Part shown: one piece after another, positions 52,370 through 64,000 of the stretch
Layout: every line of letters begins with the position of its first letter
Position numbering within the stretch: the first letter of the stretch is position 1
Source: Octopus sinensis
Taxonomy: Eukaryota
Direction: 5' to 3'
DNA length: 64,000 nt
Assembly: GCF_006345805.1 (NCBI RefSeq)
Contig: NC_042999.1
Span: 127,410,001 to 127,474,000, forward strand
Notes under the pieces: generated by a model
Databases searched by the model: none
What the model was told of the DNA's origin: nothing
What the model saw: only the letters and a program-made list of their open reading frames with translations
Program-made: the position numbers and the translations under genes

Positions 52370-53112
52370 GACTCATCTTGGTTCTTTATCATCTCCATCG
52401 TGAGGCCCAGCATCTTGATCAGCCTTCACTGCTTTGTCCCATATTTTCCTGGGTTTCCTGCTTCAAGTTCCATCTACTGTAAATGATCAGTACTTCTTTA
52501 TATAGCTGTTGTAATCCATATACATCACATGGCCATACCAGCTTCTGACTTGCATGCTACATCTAATTCCTCTTTTGACCAGTTTTTCTTTCAACACATT
52601 TGCACTTTTTCATGCATGCCCACTTGATGTTTCACATCCATTGGAGCATCCTAGCTTCATTCCTTCTTAGTCTTTACATCTCTGCATTCAGAGCCCATGT
52701 CTCATTACCATTTAACAGTGCTGTTTGTACACAAGCATCATACAATCTGCTTTTCACTCTGAAAGAGAAACTTTTTGTTACCAACAAGGGACAATAACTC
52801 CCTGAACTTTCTTCATCCTAGTCTTATCCTAGAAACTATTCTTTCAGAACAGCCTTGGCCACTGCCAATTAAGTTATCTAGATAACAGAAACTATCTATT
52901 ACTTTTAGGAAACATCCAGGGTATTTGAGAGGAACTATCTCCTGTGTTTATTGATCTGGTGCATCTGCCACAAACAAAGTCTACCTTCTCCAGTAACCTT
53001 CCTGTGATTCCATTGCACCTCTTGTGTGTCCATAGCTTGCATTTGGTACACTGTATGAAATTTCTATGCACACCTTTCTTACATAATAAACAGGGACATT
53101 TACTGAAAAGAA
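52370..53112 (-). mobile_element. RTE-clade LINE relic with a PHD-type zinc finger before the C-terminal RT motifs
   Basis: Minus translation CPCLLCKKGVHRNFIQCTKCKLWTHKRCNGITGRLLEKVDFVCGRC (C4HC3), then VIDSFCYLD, RLYDACVQTALLNGNETWAL, WYGHVM and RKPRKIWD. Confidence 0.85.
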
Positions 53113-53204
53113 AATATTACATATATACAAATATTTATATGTTGCCTCAACTGGTCCTGTCTCATTCAACATCAAAGAAGAAATAACCCCCTCTCTCTCC
53201 CATA

Positions 53205-53385
53205 ACACTCAAAAGGTACCTAGACAAATTGTTTCCAAGAAATATCTGACAAACTGACTAATACCTTCATATATTTCAGCAAACAACCACTCCCTACTCA
53301 AATGGGCTACATACGGTGTCCTAAAACATGACTTAAAAATCTATTCCAGTTGGTGCTATTAAGTTATACATGACTGAAGTTATGT
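53205..53385 (+). mobile_element. Possible CR1/Crack-group LINE 3' end remnant
   Basis: KRYLDKL...SDKL...YISANNHSLLKW resembles the FK..LD.FL..IPD.P......NSL..W terminus. Confidence 0.4.
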
Positions 53386-54013
53386 ATGTTATGGTGGACA
53401 GAAAAATAGGATGGCCATAGCTCAAATATCTTTGTGTGTAAGCTCAATCAGAAGTGACCTAGAGCTGAAACAATACCCCACAAGAACTTTACCACACTGG
53501 TAACCACAACCTTTGCTGTCATAACAACTGACACTACTACCATCACCACCAACACCACCACTGCTAATATTATCAATATTACTACCTCAACCACTCCTAG
53601 TAATATCATTACCGTCACTATTCCCACTACGCCCTGTAATACTAATACTACTACTGACATCATTGGAAGCCGCCTATGTAACTACATATTAAATTCTGAT
53701 TGGATGTTTCAGCTAGACTCTGTCCCAGAGAAACTGCTTTGGCTACTTAGTGTCAATAGTTAACAATCTTTGCAATTATAATTAATTTACTTTTAAATGA
53801 CTTTGCTAAGCTTCCTATTAAATGTTGTTGTTGCTGCTACTGTTGTTTTGTTGAGTAATAAAAGTTGTTTTCATTTATTTATTTCCTGTCTTTACCATCT
53901 AATTGTCGTCTAAAATAGACTTGGCATACTTACAGTACCGAAGCTTCCGTCAGTATCAGTAATACTTATACTACCAATATTGCATATCTAAGTGACTAGG
54001 TAATTAATAAGTA

Positions 54014-54069
<56 letters not shown>

Positions 54070-54143
54070 TATATATGTATAGGTGCATAAGTATGTATGT
54101 ATATGTGTATGTATATATATATATATATATATAGTATATATAT

Positions 54144-54177
<34 letters not shown>

Positions 54178-54194
54178 ATATACACACACACTCT

Positions 54195-54640
54195 GCTGGG
54201 TGATTCGTGTTAGGAAGGGCATCTAGCTGTAAAAATCATGCCAAAACAGCCACAGAAGTCTAGTGCAGGCTTCTGCCTGGCTGGTTCTTATCAAACTGTC
54301 CCACCCATGCCAGCATGAAAGGCAGACATTAAACGATGATGGTGATGATGATGTATATATATATATGTATATTCATATTTGTATATTCATATATACATAT
54401 ATATATATATATCATCATTTGTTAACGTCCATTTTCCATGTTGGCTTGGGTTGGACAACTTGACCAGAGCTGGCAGCTGGAGAGATGCACCAGGTTCCAG
54501 TCTGATTTGTCTTGGTTTCTATGTCTGAATGTCCTTCTTAACACCAACCACTTCACAGTGTATGCTGGGTGCTTTTAATGTGCTGCTGGCAAGAGTACTT
54601 TTTACATGACACCAGAACAAATACGTTTTACATGGCACTG
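54195..54640. repeat. Tail-to-tail inverted pair of (GAT)n-tailed SINE ends
   Basis: Plus copy 54195-54352 and minus copy 54410-54640 are separated by ~60 bp of (TA)-rich spacer. Confidence 0.7.
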
Positions 54641-54709
54641 GCTTATATATATTTATTTGCATGTTTGTTTGTGTGTGTATGAGTGCATGTATATCTCTCT
54701 CTCTATTCT

Positions 54710-54768
<59 letters not shown>

Positions 54769-55459
54769 ATAATGCATGTGTATACATACATATATATAAT
54801 GCATGTGTATACATACATATATATAATGCATGTGTATACATACATACATATAAATATATACATATATATATAATGCATATGTATACATACATACATATAT
54901 ATATATTGTGTGTGTGTGTGTTTGAACAGGCATTAATATATGTGTTTGTGTGTTTATGTATGTATGTATATACAGGCAAACCCCATGTTTATGAATTAAT
55001 TCATTCCTGACTAGATTCATAAAGTAAAAAATTCATATAGTGGAGTATTATCATCTATAGAAAACAATGAATACACTTTCAGTTAGTTCCCACTAAAGAA
55101 GATGATTCTCAAACTTTCTAAAATTGAAAAAAAGGTCAAGATAAAAATAGCAATATACAAGAGTATACTCTTTTATTAAATCACAAATTACAGAATGAAA
55201 AAATAGAAAAACATAAAACAAAAACAATTCAGCTTGTAAAATTTAATTTGTATCCATTGGAGTTGCCATCACTGGGGCCTCTTGAGTGCATGTCAATTCT
55301 ATTCGTTGAGTTTCTTCTTGGAGTAAAGATTGTTTGCCAACATAACATGGCAGTCCTGGTTTAGGATGAATGTTGCTGTAATTTAGCCCCAGGAAACATT
55401 GTCTCCAGATGGCTATACAACATGATCTATGTCCTTATATTTTTGAGCAAGGGAATCTA

Positions 55460-55795
55460 ACACCCCGACTCAGCTCTAAACAATATCTGTGTATTGCGAT
55501 TTCTGGGTTATTTCTCTTCATCAGCACAGAAGTTTCTTCTTGCTTTGATGTTTGGTCCGCATTAGTTTTCTTTGTTAAAAAATTATATAAAGTTGATTGT
55601 TGAAAAAATTTCTTCTCCAACAGTAGATTTTACGATGACAAGCATGACCTCTCATTAAATTTACAGCAACAGGTGAACTTCTTTCAATATCAGTATCTTG
55701 CTGCTCAAAGATTTCAGTTGATTTTTCGATTTGAATAACATCTTTGGGTGAAATTTCGAAGTTCAATTCCTTTGTGATGTTTATGATCATGCCAG
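55460..55795 (-). pseudogene. Tigger/pogo transposase C-terminal relic
   Basis: IEKSTEIFEQQDTDIERSSPVAVNLMRGHACHRKIY, then frameshifted EKKFFQQSTLYNFLTKK. This resembles the Tigger-like C-terminus D.N.ERSS.V......ACY.EIY.EKK....Q.TL..F. Confidence 0.6.
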
Positions 55796-56105
55796 TTTGA
55801 CTGGGGAATGGCAAGCCAGGAGGCCGCACCAGGCTCCAATCTGATCTGGCAGTGTTTCTACAGTTGGATGCCCTTCCTAACGCCAACCACTCCGAGAGTG
55901 TAGTAGGTGCTTTTTACGTGCCACCGGCACGGGAGCCAGTCAGGTGGCACTGACATTAGCCACGTTCAGATAGTGCTTTTTACGTGCTACTGGCAAAGGA
56001 GCCAGTCGTGGTGGATGCTGGGGGAGGCTGGCATTGACATGTTTGGATGGTGCTTTTTACGTGCCACCGGCATGGGGAGCCAGTCAGGCGGCACTGGCAA
56101 TGACT
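55795..56105 (-). mobile_element. SINE-like element (family of 31690-32107)
   Basis: GGATGCCCTTCCTAACGCCAACCACTCCG and repeated GGTGCTTTTTACGTGCCACCGGCA units. Confidence 0.8.
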
Positions 56106-56540
56106 CACACATGCATGGTGCTTATTGCGGGCCGGTTAAAAATCAATGCAGATAACAATAAAGTATGATAATGGTAATATTTTAGTGCTTGAACAGAAAA
56201 TAGCAGTGTTGAATAGACACATGTTCTTAATCCAGTGGCAGCTTAGCAAGTAATACTGAATTAAGCCAAAATGGGCTTTCAGCAGTTACGTGTGTGTATG
56301 TGTGTGTGTGTAAAGAGAAATAGATAAAATTGACATGTTCCTTTGCCTATTGTGTAGGTTTACATATATTATATCACTTTGATATCGTGTAGACTGGTTT
56401 CCTCATTGACGGGCTGCTGATATTAAAGTGTGTTAAACACTAATGGCAATATGCAAATTTGTAGTTCCAACTCTCTGAAACTACTAGATTTGGTATGTGT
56501 ATAAAGAGAATGGCTATTTGTTTCTTGGTCAAGGAATGTA

Positions 56541-56590
56541 AACACTTCTGATGAGATCTCAATAAGAGTGGAAAATTGATTCATTATTTT
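56541..56590 (+). ncRNA. Degenerate hammerhead-like motif
   Basis: CTGATGA-GAT-CTC-AATAA-GAG-TG-GAAA-A-TTGA-T-TC. Core words have the correct order and spacing, but stem I does not form. Confidence 0.25.
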
Positions 56591-56979
56591 TTCACTTTGC
56601 AGAGAAACAGGTAAAATTGATATGATTTTGTATCTACTCTGTAGGTTCACGCGCATACAGACATACACCATATATCATTATCATCAACATTTAACATCAG
56701 CTGTCCATGCTAGCATGACTTGGCCAGTTTGACCAAGGTTGACAAGCTGAGGGGCTGCACCAGACTCCAGTCTGATTTAGTATGTTTTGTACAGCTCAGT
56801 GCCCTTCCTAACATCAAACACTCCGAGTGTGTAATGGGCACTTTTACGTGCCACTGGTACAGGTGCTGGTTGTGTGACACTTATATCTGCCACAACTACA
56901 ATTTCACTTGGCTTCATATGGGTCTTCTATTCAAGCATGGCACTACTTGGACTTTGGTTATATGTCTATTAGTATGTTG

Positions 56980-57485
56980 ATTGATATTGTATGAAGCTGG
57001 TTAGTTTGCTTGAAAAAGCAGATGTGAGCGTGTTTCTGTACCAGCATCTATGTCAGAGTTGTATACATATTAAGGAGAACTCAGTATATCTAGTGAGATA
57101 TCTTTTCCTGCACCAAGCACCTGAAGAGACACAACTTGCACTGGTTAGTGGAACACAAAGTGCACAATATCCTGCCCCTATCGGACAGATGCAGGATGGG
57201 TCGAAAAGATTGTCATGCTGAATAAAAATTCATAGTAAATCCATCTTCCGTTTCCTCTATCAATTATATATATGTAAAAAGATTTGAATAACACCTGTAT
57301 TTAAGTCCATTTATTTATTTATCTATATTATGCAAAAACATTTCACCTTAACCTGGAGTTTCTACCTTTATAAAGTAGGCTGTTTACATCCTTGGTACTT
57401 GCGTGAATTTTTGCTACCTTGGTAACTATTTATTTATTTTTTACATGTTATTTGTAAACATTGAAAAAATACTCATACATTTAGT

Positions 57486-57530
<45 letters not shown>

Positions 57531-57704
57531 ATAAACATATAGTGTGTTGCTGTATGATTTAATTTGTGATTGAATATTACTAAATTATGATATATCCATG
57601 TGTTTGTACTTGCTTGTCTTATTAACCTGTATTTATACATATACATTTATGTATGTGCATGCGTGTGCGAGCATGCATATATATATGTATGTATACACAG
57701 ACAT

Positions 57705-57746
<42 letters not shown>

Positions 57747-57865
57747 GTGTGTGCGTAATTTGTGCTTGCGTATAAGATAAACTTGTTATTGATATTGTAT
57801 GAAGCTGGTTAGTTTGCTTGAAAAAGCAGATGTGAGCGTGTTTCTATATCAGTGTCTATGTCAGA
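56980..57865 (+). repeat. 78-bp direct repeats (56980-57057 and 57788-57865) bracketing a 730-bp segment
   Basis: ATTGATATTGTATGAAGCTGGTTAGTTTGCTTGAAAAAGCAGATGTGAGCGTGTTTCT... occurs twice with 4 mismatches. Confidence 0.9.
57116..57219 (+). ncRNA. Hammerhead ribozyme relic with branched stem II (sister of 29829-29935)
   Basis: AGCAC-CTGAAGA-GAC-(69 nt)-GTC-GAAA-A-GATT-G-TC-ATGCT. Stem I AGCAC/ATGCT needs only one A->G change to pair fully. Downstream CTGAATA...AAATCCATCTT is shared with the 29.8-kb copy. Confidence 0.55.
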
Positions 57866-58583
57866 CCTAATTATTGAAACTCTATCCTCCACATCAAGGA
57901 GAAATGGAACTGGTTGTGAGTTGATATGACTTTCTTTGATTGAACAAAGTGATGGTTCCAGCAAGCCTAGTACAAGGTATGTTTCAGAAGACTTCCAGGA
58001 GACATTGCTGCTAATGAATATCTGTATGGGATAATCTAACCACCACTGGTCTGACTGGATAGTTTTTTTAGCCTTGGCAGGAAAGTAGATCAGTGAGTAA
58101 AATGCCTGGCCATAAGATTAAACAGATGAGTAATTAAGTCACTTAACCCAGCAACTATTGTGGCAACCTAACCTATTATTTTTAAAATGATGGATATAGT
58201 TGTTGTTAGTAAAAGACATTTTTATTAAAAAGTACCATATCTTGCAAGACTCAAGAATTTTCTCTTGGAACCTTGGTGTTGCTCATTCGCACTTCAAGAA
58301 ATACTGCCATGATCCATAGGGCAAGTCAGTTTGACAAAGATCATTCTTCTCTAAGTGATGCTCATGGTGGAATTTTCTCTCTGAATTCGAAGCTAACAAA
58401 GCATCCCTCACTTCTGCAGTTTCCCACTGCTTGCTGTGGTGACATGTACAATCAGTGATACCTATTTCATTGCAAGGCAGTTTCAGTTAATTATGCTGGT
58501 CATAGAAACTGCAGTATCAATAAGATATGAACTGTACATCTTTCCAATCAACAGTTTAAAATTCTGTTAATTTGACCAGTTAA

Positions 58584-59073
58584 CTCTTTCATGACCAAAT
58601 TTCTAACAAAATACACTGTTCATGCATTTCAGTTATCTTTGAAAATGAATCCGATTTTGAAAAGATTTAATAAAATAGTTAAGTTTTTCATTAATCACTA
58701 TGTTAAGCTAGTGTTTTGAACATAATAAAAGAGTCCTATAAAAAATTATGATGAAAGGTATTTATTTTAACAAGAAAATTAAAAAAAACTTTATGGTTTT
58801 TTGTATCATATGATCAGGGGTTGTCACAGGTGAATTGATATTGAAAGAATTATGGTATGAGTGTTAACCCTGTAGCATTTAGATTACTTTGACTATTTAT
58901 TCACATTGTTTCAATTAATTTTGCATTATCTGATAGCTTTGAGATGTTGATGATGTAATAGCTTATTTTCAGAATGATACTGTAGGATAGGTGTTTGAGA
59001 CCAGACTCAGCCTGTTTAAACATAGTATAGGTAGAATATTTGGGCCGAATATGGCCAGTTTAAATGATAAAGG
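58584..59073 (+). mobile_element. Adjacent decayed MITEs: family A (58584-58852) and family B (58868-59073)
   Basis: Both start at TTAA and match the bodies of 2160-2388 and 19894-20113. Confidence 0.65.
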
Positions 59074-62000
59074 ATCAGGTACACTCTAGTGTTGTTGATT
59101 TGGAACAAGATGGTTCAGTTTTAGTCGTTTTTGTTTAATCGGGTTGCACTTATAGAGGAAGCTTATGATCAATGATATTTCTGCTGGATATTCCATCTTT
59201 TTTTTCCATCTTTTTTTTTTTACAGAATAGTGTGTTTATGACTATTTATCCTTTGTGTAGGATGGTAGTTTCTGATGTGAAGTAGATTTGGTAGGAGTTT
59301 CTCATTGACTCATGTAATTGATGCTGCTGTGTAGTTGAAATTTAGCACAGAATTAGCCCACCAATAATGATAAGTTGTGTATAAGTTTAACATACTGGTT
59401 ATGTCATACTTCACTCTGGTACGAAACCATACTGTTGTGGCTTGTAATGTGGAGTGCACATAACATCTAGAGGATGTCAAGTAATTGTGATGCCTCATTT
59501 CTTATGCTAGACAAAGGAGAATTTAATAACTGCTTTCTGTTAGTAAAAGTTACATAATTTCAACTAATTAGTAAGCAGCTTTCTCCATCTTCGTATAAAT
59601 AAATGTATTGCACTTCTAATATAGATACATATGTATATAAACAGATTTACATAGAATCCACCACCGCATGATTGTGGGGTGGGTTTGATCTTACTGTGCA
59701 GTAGCTTGGCAAAGTGCCTCGTACTATATAGCCCTAGGCTGAGTGAGTAGCGTCTAAAAACCCGATGTTGTTAACTTCTGTTTTCTGCAACTATAGCAGT
59801 TGACAAAGGGGTCAGATTGAAATAAGTGTTAGAGTTCATTAAATCCTTGAAATAGTGCCCCCAGCATGGTCACAGTCCAATGACTGAAATCATTAAAAGA
59901 ATACAAAGACCTTTTTGGAGATCAGCATGGAGAGGTAGATTGTTTTGGCCTGGTATGCTGAAAGTTCTGTTTTTAATAATCTTGTTACTGGAATGTCACT
60001 TACATGTAGACATGTATTTTAGTTTTAAATAAATTCTTATAAATTTAAGTAAGCAAATTGCAATGATAGAGTGAGATGGGTTTTTTTTATTATCAAAAGA
60101 AATTGTGTATCAAATAAAAACCAGCAATTTGTCATTGCTGACATTTGTCGTAGGGTCAGTGTTTCTGTTTGATAATGTAATGTATGAGATGTGGTCAGCG
60201 ATCCAATACAACACAGAATTCCGGCCCTGTGAGACAATTTACTGAGTAACTATTTTATGGTAGATGTAAGTTTTGTCAATATTGGATAATAGTGATAGCA
60301 ATAGATAATAGTGATCATGTGCAGCATGAAGTGTGTGACTTGGAGAAAATACATATCATGTACATACAAACACACACATGCGCGTTATCTTTCTTTCTCT
60401 CTCTCTCTCTTCATTTGTTATAGTATTTATAAAACACTCTTTTGATCTTGTTTGATATGTGCCTTAAAGTGATACACATGATATTCGTCTTGACTTTGAT
60501 TCTTAGAAGAAGATACATGACATCACATGGGATTCTGTTAGATTCGCGTAACTTCGTTACAGAGAAGAAACTCGTGGAAATTTTATATGAACGTAAAACG
60601 CAGTTAACCCTGGGAGTGAAATTTTGCAAATCGGGAACATCAATAATGTTATCAATCAGACTTAGTTCTGGGGGCAATACACTCAATTAAAATCATCGAA
60701 TACATTTCTCCTCTACCACAACCCTCAGCAATTTTACACTGTAGTGAATAAACCCAGTTACAGAAATAAAACAATCAAACATAGGCTCTAAAATATCTGG
60801 GTTCGTAACGCAGAAAGACGATTTAAAATTCTATGTAATGAATGAAAGAAAATGTTTGCGAAACAGAAATGAAACATGTACAGTCACATGTGTTTTCTCG
60901 CTAAATCATTCTATAATGTATGCTCTTCTCCTTCCGGTGCTTTTTGCTTGCTATGATTAATATACTACTGACAAGTACATGATTCTACTGAAAATACTAA
61001 TAATGTCCTCCCTATTTTTACCGTGTGGTTTCGTTGCTATTTTTTGACCTATAACAAAACTCAAAGGCCGCAGTGTTATATTATTGTCCAATTGGTTGTA
61101 TTTCATCTTCTTTCCTGAGGAAGGAAATCTGCTTAGTATAAACTGCCCAATGAGGAAATAACAAAAGACTGACTGCAAAGTGTTTTAATTATGTGAAACA
61201 GCATTATCAGATTGCTATTTCTAAATAATTCATGATTCTACAGTGTATAACCTGTCTTATTTCTGCGTTGTCTTTGTGTGAGTGGGCAAGTGGTGTGTAA
61301 AATGTTTTGAAAGACATTCTATAATTTCAGTTTTTCTCATAGATGTGTGTGTGTGAGAGTGTGTGTTAAACACGCATACATACAGATATGTGAATGCGTG
61401 TGTTTGTGTCTCTTTGTTTTGACATCTCCCAATAATTGTAAATTAGTGTCACGCTCATACACATGATGTCATTTGTTTCCAATCTTCTGTTGAAAACATG
61501 TCGAGTCTTGTTTGGAAACGGGTGAACATAGGTGACTGGAAAGGCATCCCGGTGTAGAGAATCTGCCTTAACAACTTCCATCTTACCCAAGCAAACACAG
61601 AAATGAAGATGTTAAAGTAATACCGATGATGTGTGTGTGTGTGTGTACAGTGTGCGGCAGAAATACCTCTCACATTTGAAAGGTTGACAAAAGGAAAAAG
61701 AAACAACATTTATGAAAAATTTATTTTACTGTTGTTTAAACAAAGGGTTACAGTTTTTATTCATTAGAAGTACAGAGTGTCTGTAAATTAGTTTTACAAT
61801 AAATACTATAAAAATATTATTTATGAATACCCTGTATGTTTTTTTATGTATATATTATTGTATTTAGCACAAGCAAAATGATCAAGTGGATAAGGTAACC
61901 ATACTATCTTGTTCCCAGATATCTTCAAATATTTTGTCAATGTTTTATTCTGCAAAACTCCATTTCTTTTATAGTTTGTTGTTGGTAGACTGGTATCCTA

Positions 62001-64000
62001 CTCCAAAACTATATACCATGAAACCATACCTGAATCTTGACTCCCAGCAATCCAGCTTATGAATTAGGAAATATTTCATGTTTTTAATAGTAATTAAAAA
62101 TAAAAGAAAGGTACACATTAGATAGTATAACCTCTAGTTACTTCCTGCCCCCCTCTCTATGCACAAAAAGGTAGGATGTTCACAGCCAGTATGGATTTGA
62201 TCATAGTTCTGTTTGCTCAGTATTGAACCACTTAAGAACATCAATAACAACAACAAACCACATTTATTTAGTTATGGAACCCTTAATCCTGTCAATTAAG
62301 TTTTGTATAATCAATATTTTTCTACTTAAAAGGCTGCAAATTTTTATACCTTTATTTATTTATCTATTTTTTATCAAGTGAAAACTATTGGTAACATTAA
62401 GCTAGAGTAGAATTTGTAGGCAATGATAAATGTGAAATTCTTTGATCAGGTCTGCAAAAGTTAAACCCTCTCTCCAGATACAAAATAGGAATAAAGTGAG
62501 ATATCTATTACAAATATTGCTAGAATACAAAATTTTGTGTTAAATTATGATTGGGGTGATATTGGAGATGACAAAGATAATTGCTATGTTGATTGTGATT
62601 TCTTTATATGTATGAGTGTACGTTTGTATTTTTAAAAAAAATTCTTTTGTGTTATCCTTTTTATAATAGGGTTCACTTTTAGAGAGAGAAAAAGAGTAAT
62701 GGAGGGAGTGTGTGAGTTATTTGTTAGTAGTTGATAGGATATATGTGTATGTTGTATTGGCAGTAATATACAATGCTATTGATGATATAGATGTGGTTTC
62801 CAACAGTTATGTTGCTTCATCTGTCATCACCAAGTTGTTTCATCTGTCCTCATTTCCCACCTTCCCCATGGTTGGTTGGGGATATGTGCTTTATTGTATA
62901 CTATGCTAGTATATTTTATGTCAGCAAAGATTGGCAGTCAATTAAATCACCTCTCGGTACTTAGAATTTTATTTTATTGATCCCTGGATGGATGAAAAGC
63001 CAAGTTTACCTTGGTGAGATTTGAACTTAAAATGTAAAGACTACTACCCTCATGTTTCGCATATCTCCATCAAATCATACCATACCATTTTAAAAAGAGA
63101 TGCAAGCATACACACATACATTGTAGGTATGGCTAACTAGGGCTGACTGAGACTTAAATAACAACAACAACAACAACAACTTTAAGTATTATATACATGA
63201 CCTGATCAGGCAATAATTGTTTTTATACATATCAACTATATGTTGTTGCTTTTTTCTACAATATCAGGCCGGATCATAGCTAAGGTGGAGCAAGCCTTTT
63301 AGTCTTCACCTAGTTTTAAAAATTATCTTAATATCAATGATGTATATCAGGTGTGACCACTTGACTGATGACAAATATTTGCCAAATCTCCCTAAGATTA
63401 CATCTTACAATCTTAAATAAGGACAGAATACATTAGATTAATGTTGTCCTATATTTACTTAAGCACTTCACTCCCTATGAAGCATAGGCCATTGACAACT
63501 TTTCTCCATTTTCAACTCTGGGTTGTCTTTCCCTAATTGAAGGCCGTCCTCCTTCATGTTTTGCTGGTTTTGAATTTTCATCAATACTTCTGTAACATTG
63601 CTTTTTCTAGATTGGGGTTTTGGGCCTGTGCAAACCAGTTTTTACTTCTGGGAGGAGGTGATCCATATTATTCTAATATGAACTAAATTCTATACATACT
63701 CTTAAAAATTTAGTGGGGGTGTCATGAACCTATGAGCATAGGTTTTGTTGGTGTTTTGCTAGGGCTAAACTGCAACACATTTCTTTCAAAGAATGCATCT
63801 GTCCTATAAACATCAGTTTACCAGATTTTGGTAGTTAATTTTTAAATGAATTTTAAAAAAATGATTAATTCTCTTGTGCTTATTGAATTAATCTGAAATT
63901 TTGAGTTGTTGAAGATTTTGGTGAATTTTACTAGTCAGTTTGATTAAAGGGTACAGCAATGACTTTATGTAACAAATAACTGTCTCCTATATCTAGGAGA

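Noticed and set aside
53448-53663. Val-rich ORF / Thr-rich opposite strand resembling a mucin or membrane peptide
   Set aside because: It is a degenerate (CAC/TAC)n trinucleotide repeat with no splice or codon support.

Overview
AT-rich, microsatellite-dense eukaryotic genomic DNA. The SINE and MITE families look like those of an octopod cephalopod (Octopus sp.); this is recognition from memory, not a database search. I find no complete protein-coding gene, and nearly all ORFs in the track are (TA)n/(CA)n translation artefacts. The window reads as a CpG-richer promoter/first-exon-like region (~4.7-7.0 kb, with a candidate 24-nt coding micro-exon MSGNPDFQ followed by GT) and then ~57 kb of intron-like sequence. 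That sequence is packed with tRNA-derived SINEs, TTAA/piggyBac-type and hAT MITEs, and decayed mariner, maT (DD37D), Buster-type hAT, Tigger and RTE relics. The most notable unannotated signal is a set of at least four unrelated short non-coding element types, mostly in or next to (TA)n/(CA)n tracts, carrying type I hammerhead-ribozyme cores (CUGANGA...GAAA...UH) of the Penelope-like/retrozyme kind. One is a 183-bp palindrome with a hammerhead-like core on each strand, and one family has two copies with a long branched stem II. Several long fold-back structures could be dsRNA/ADAR substrates. Coordinates of decayed repeats are approximate.
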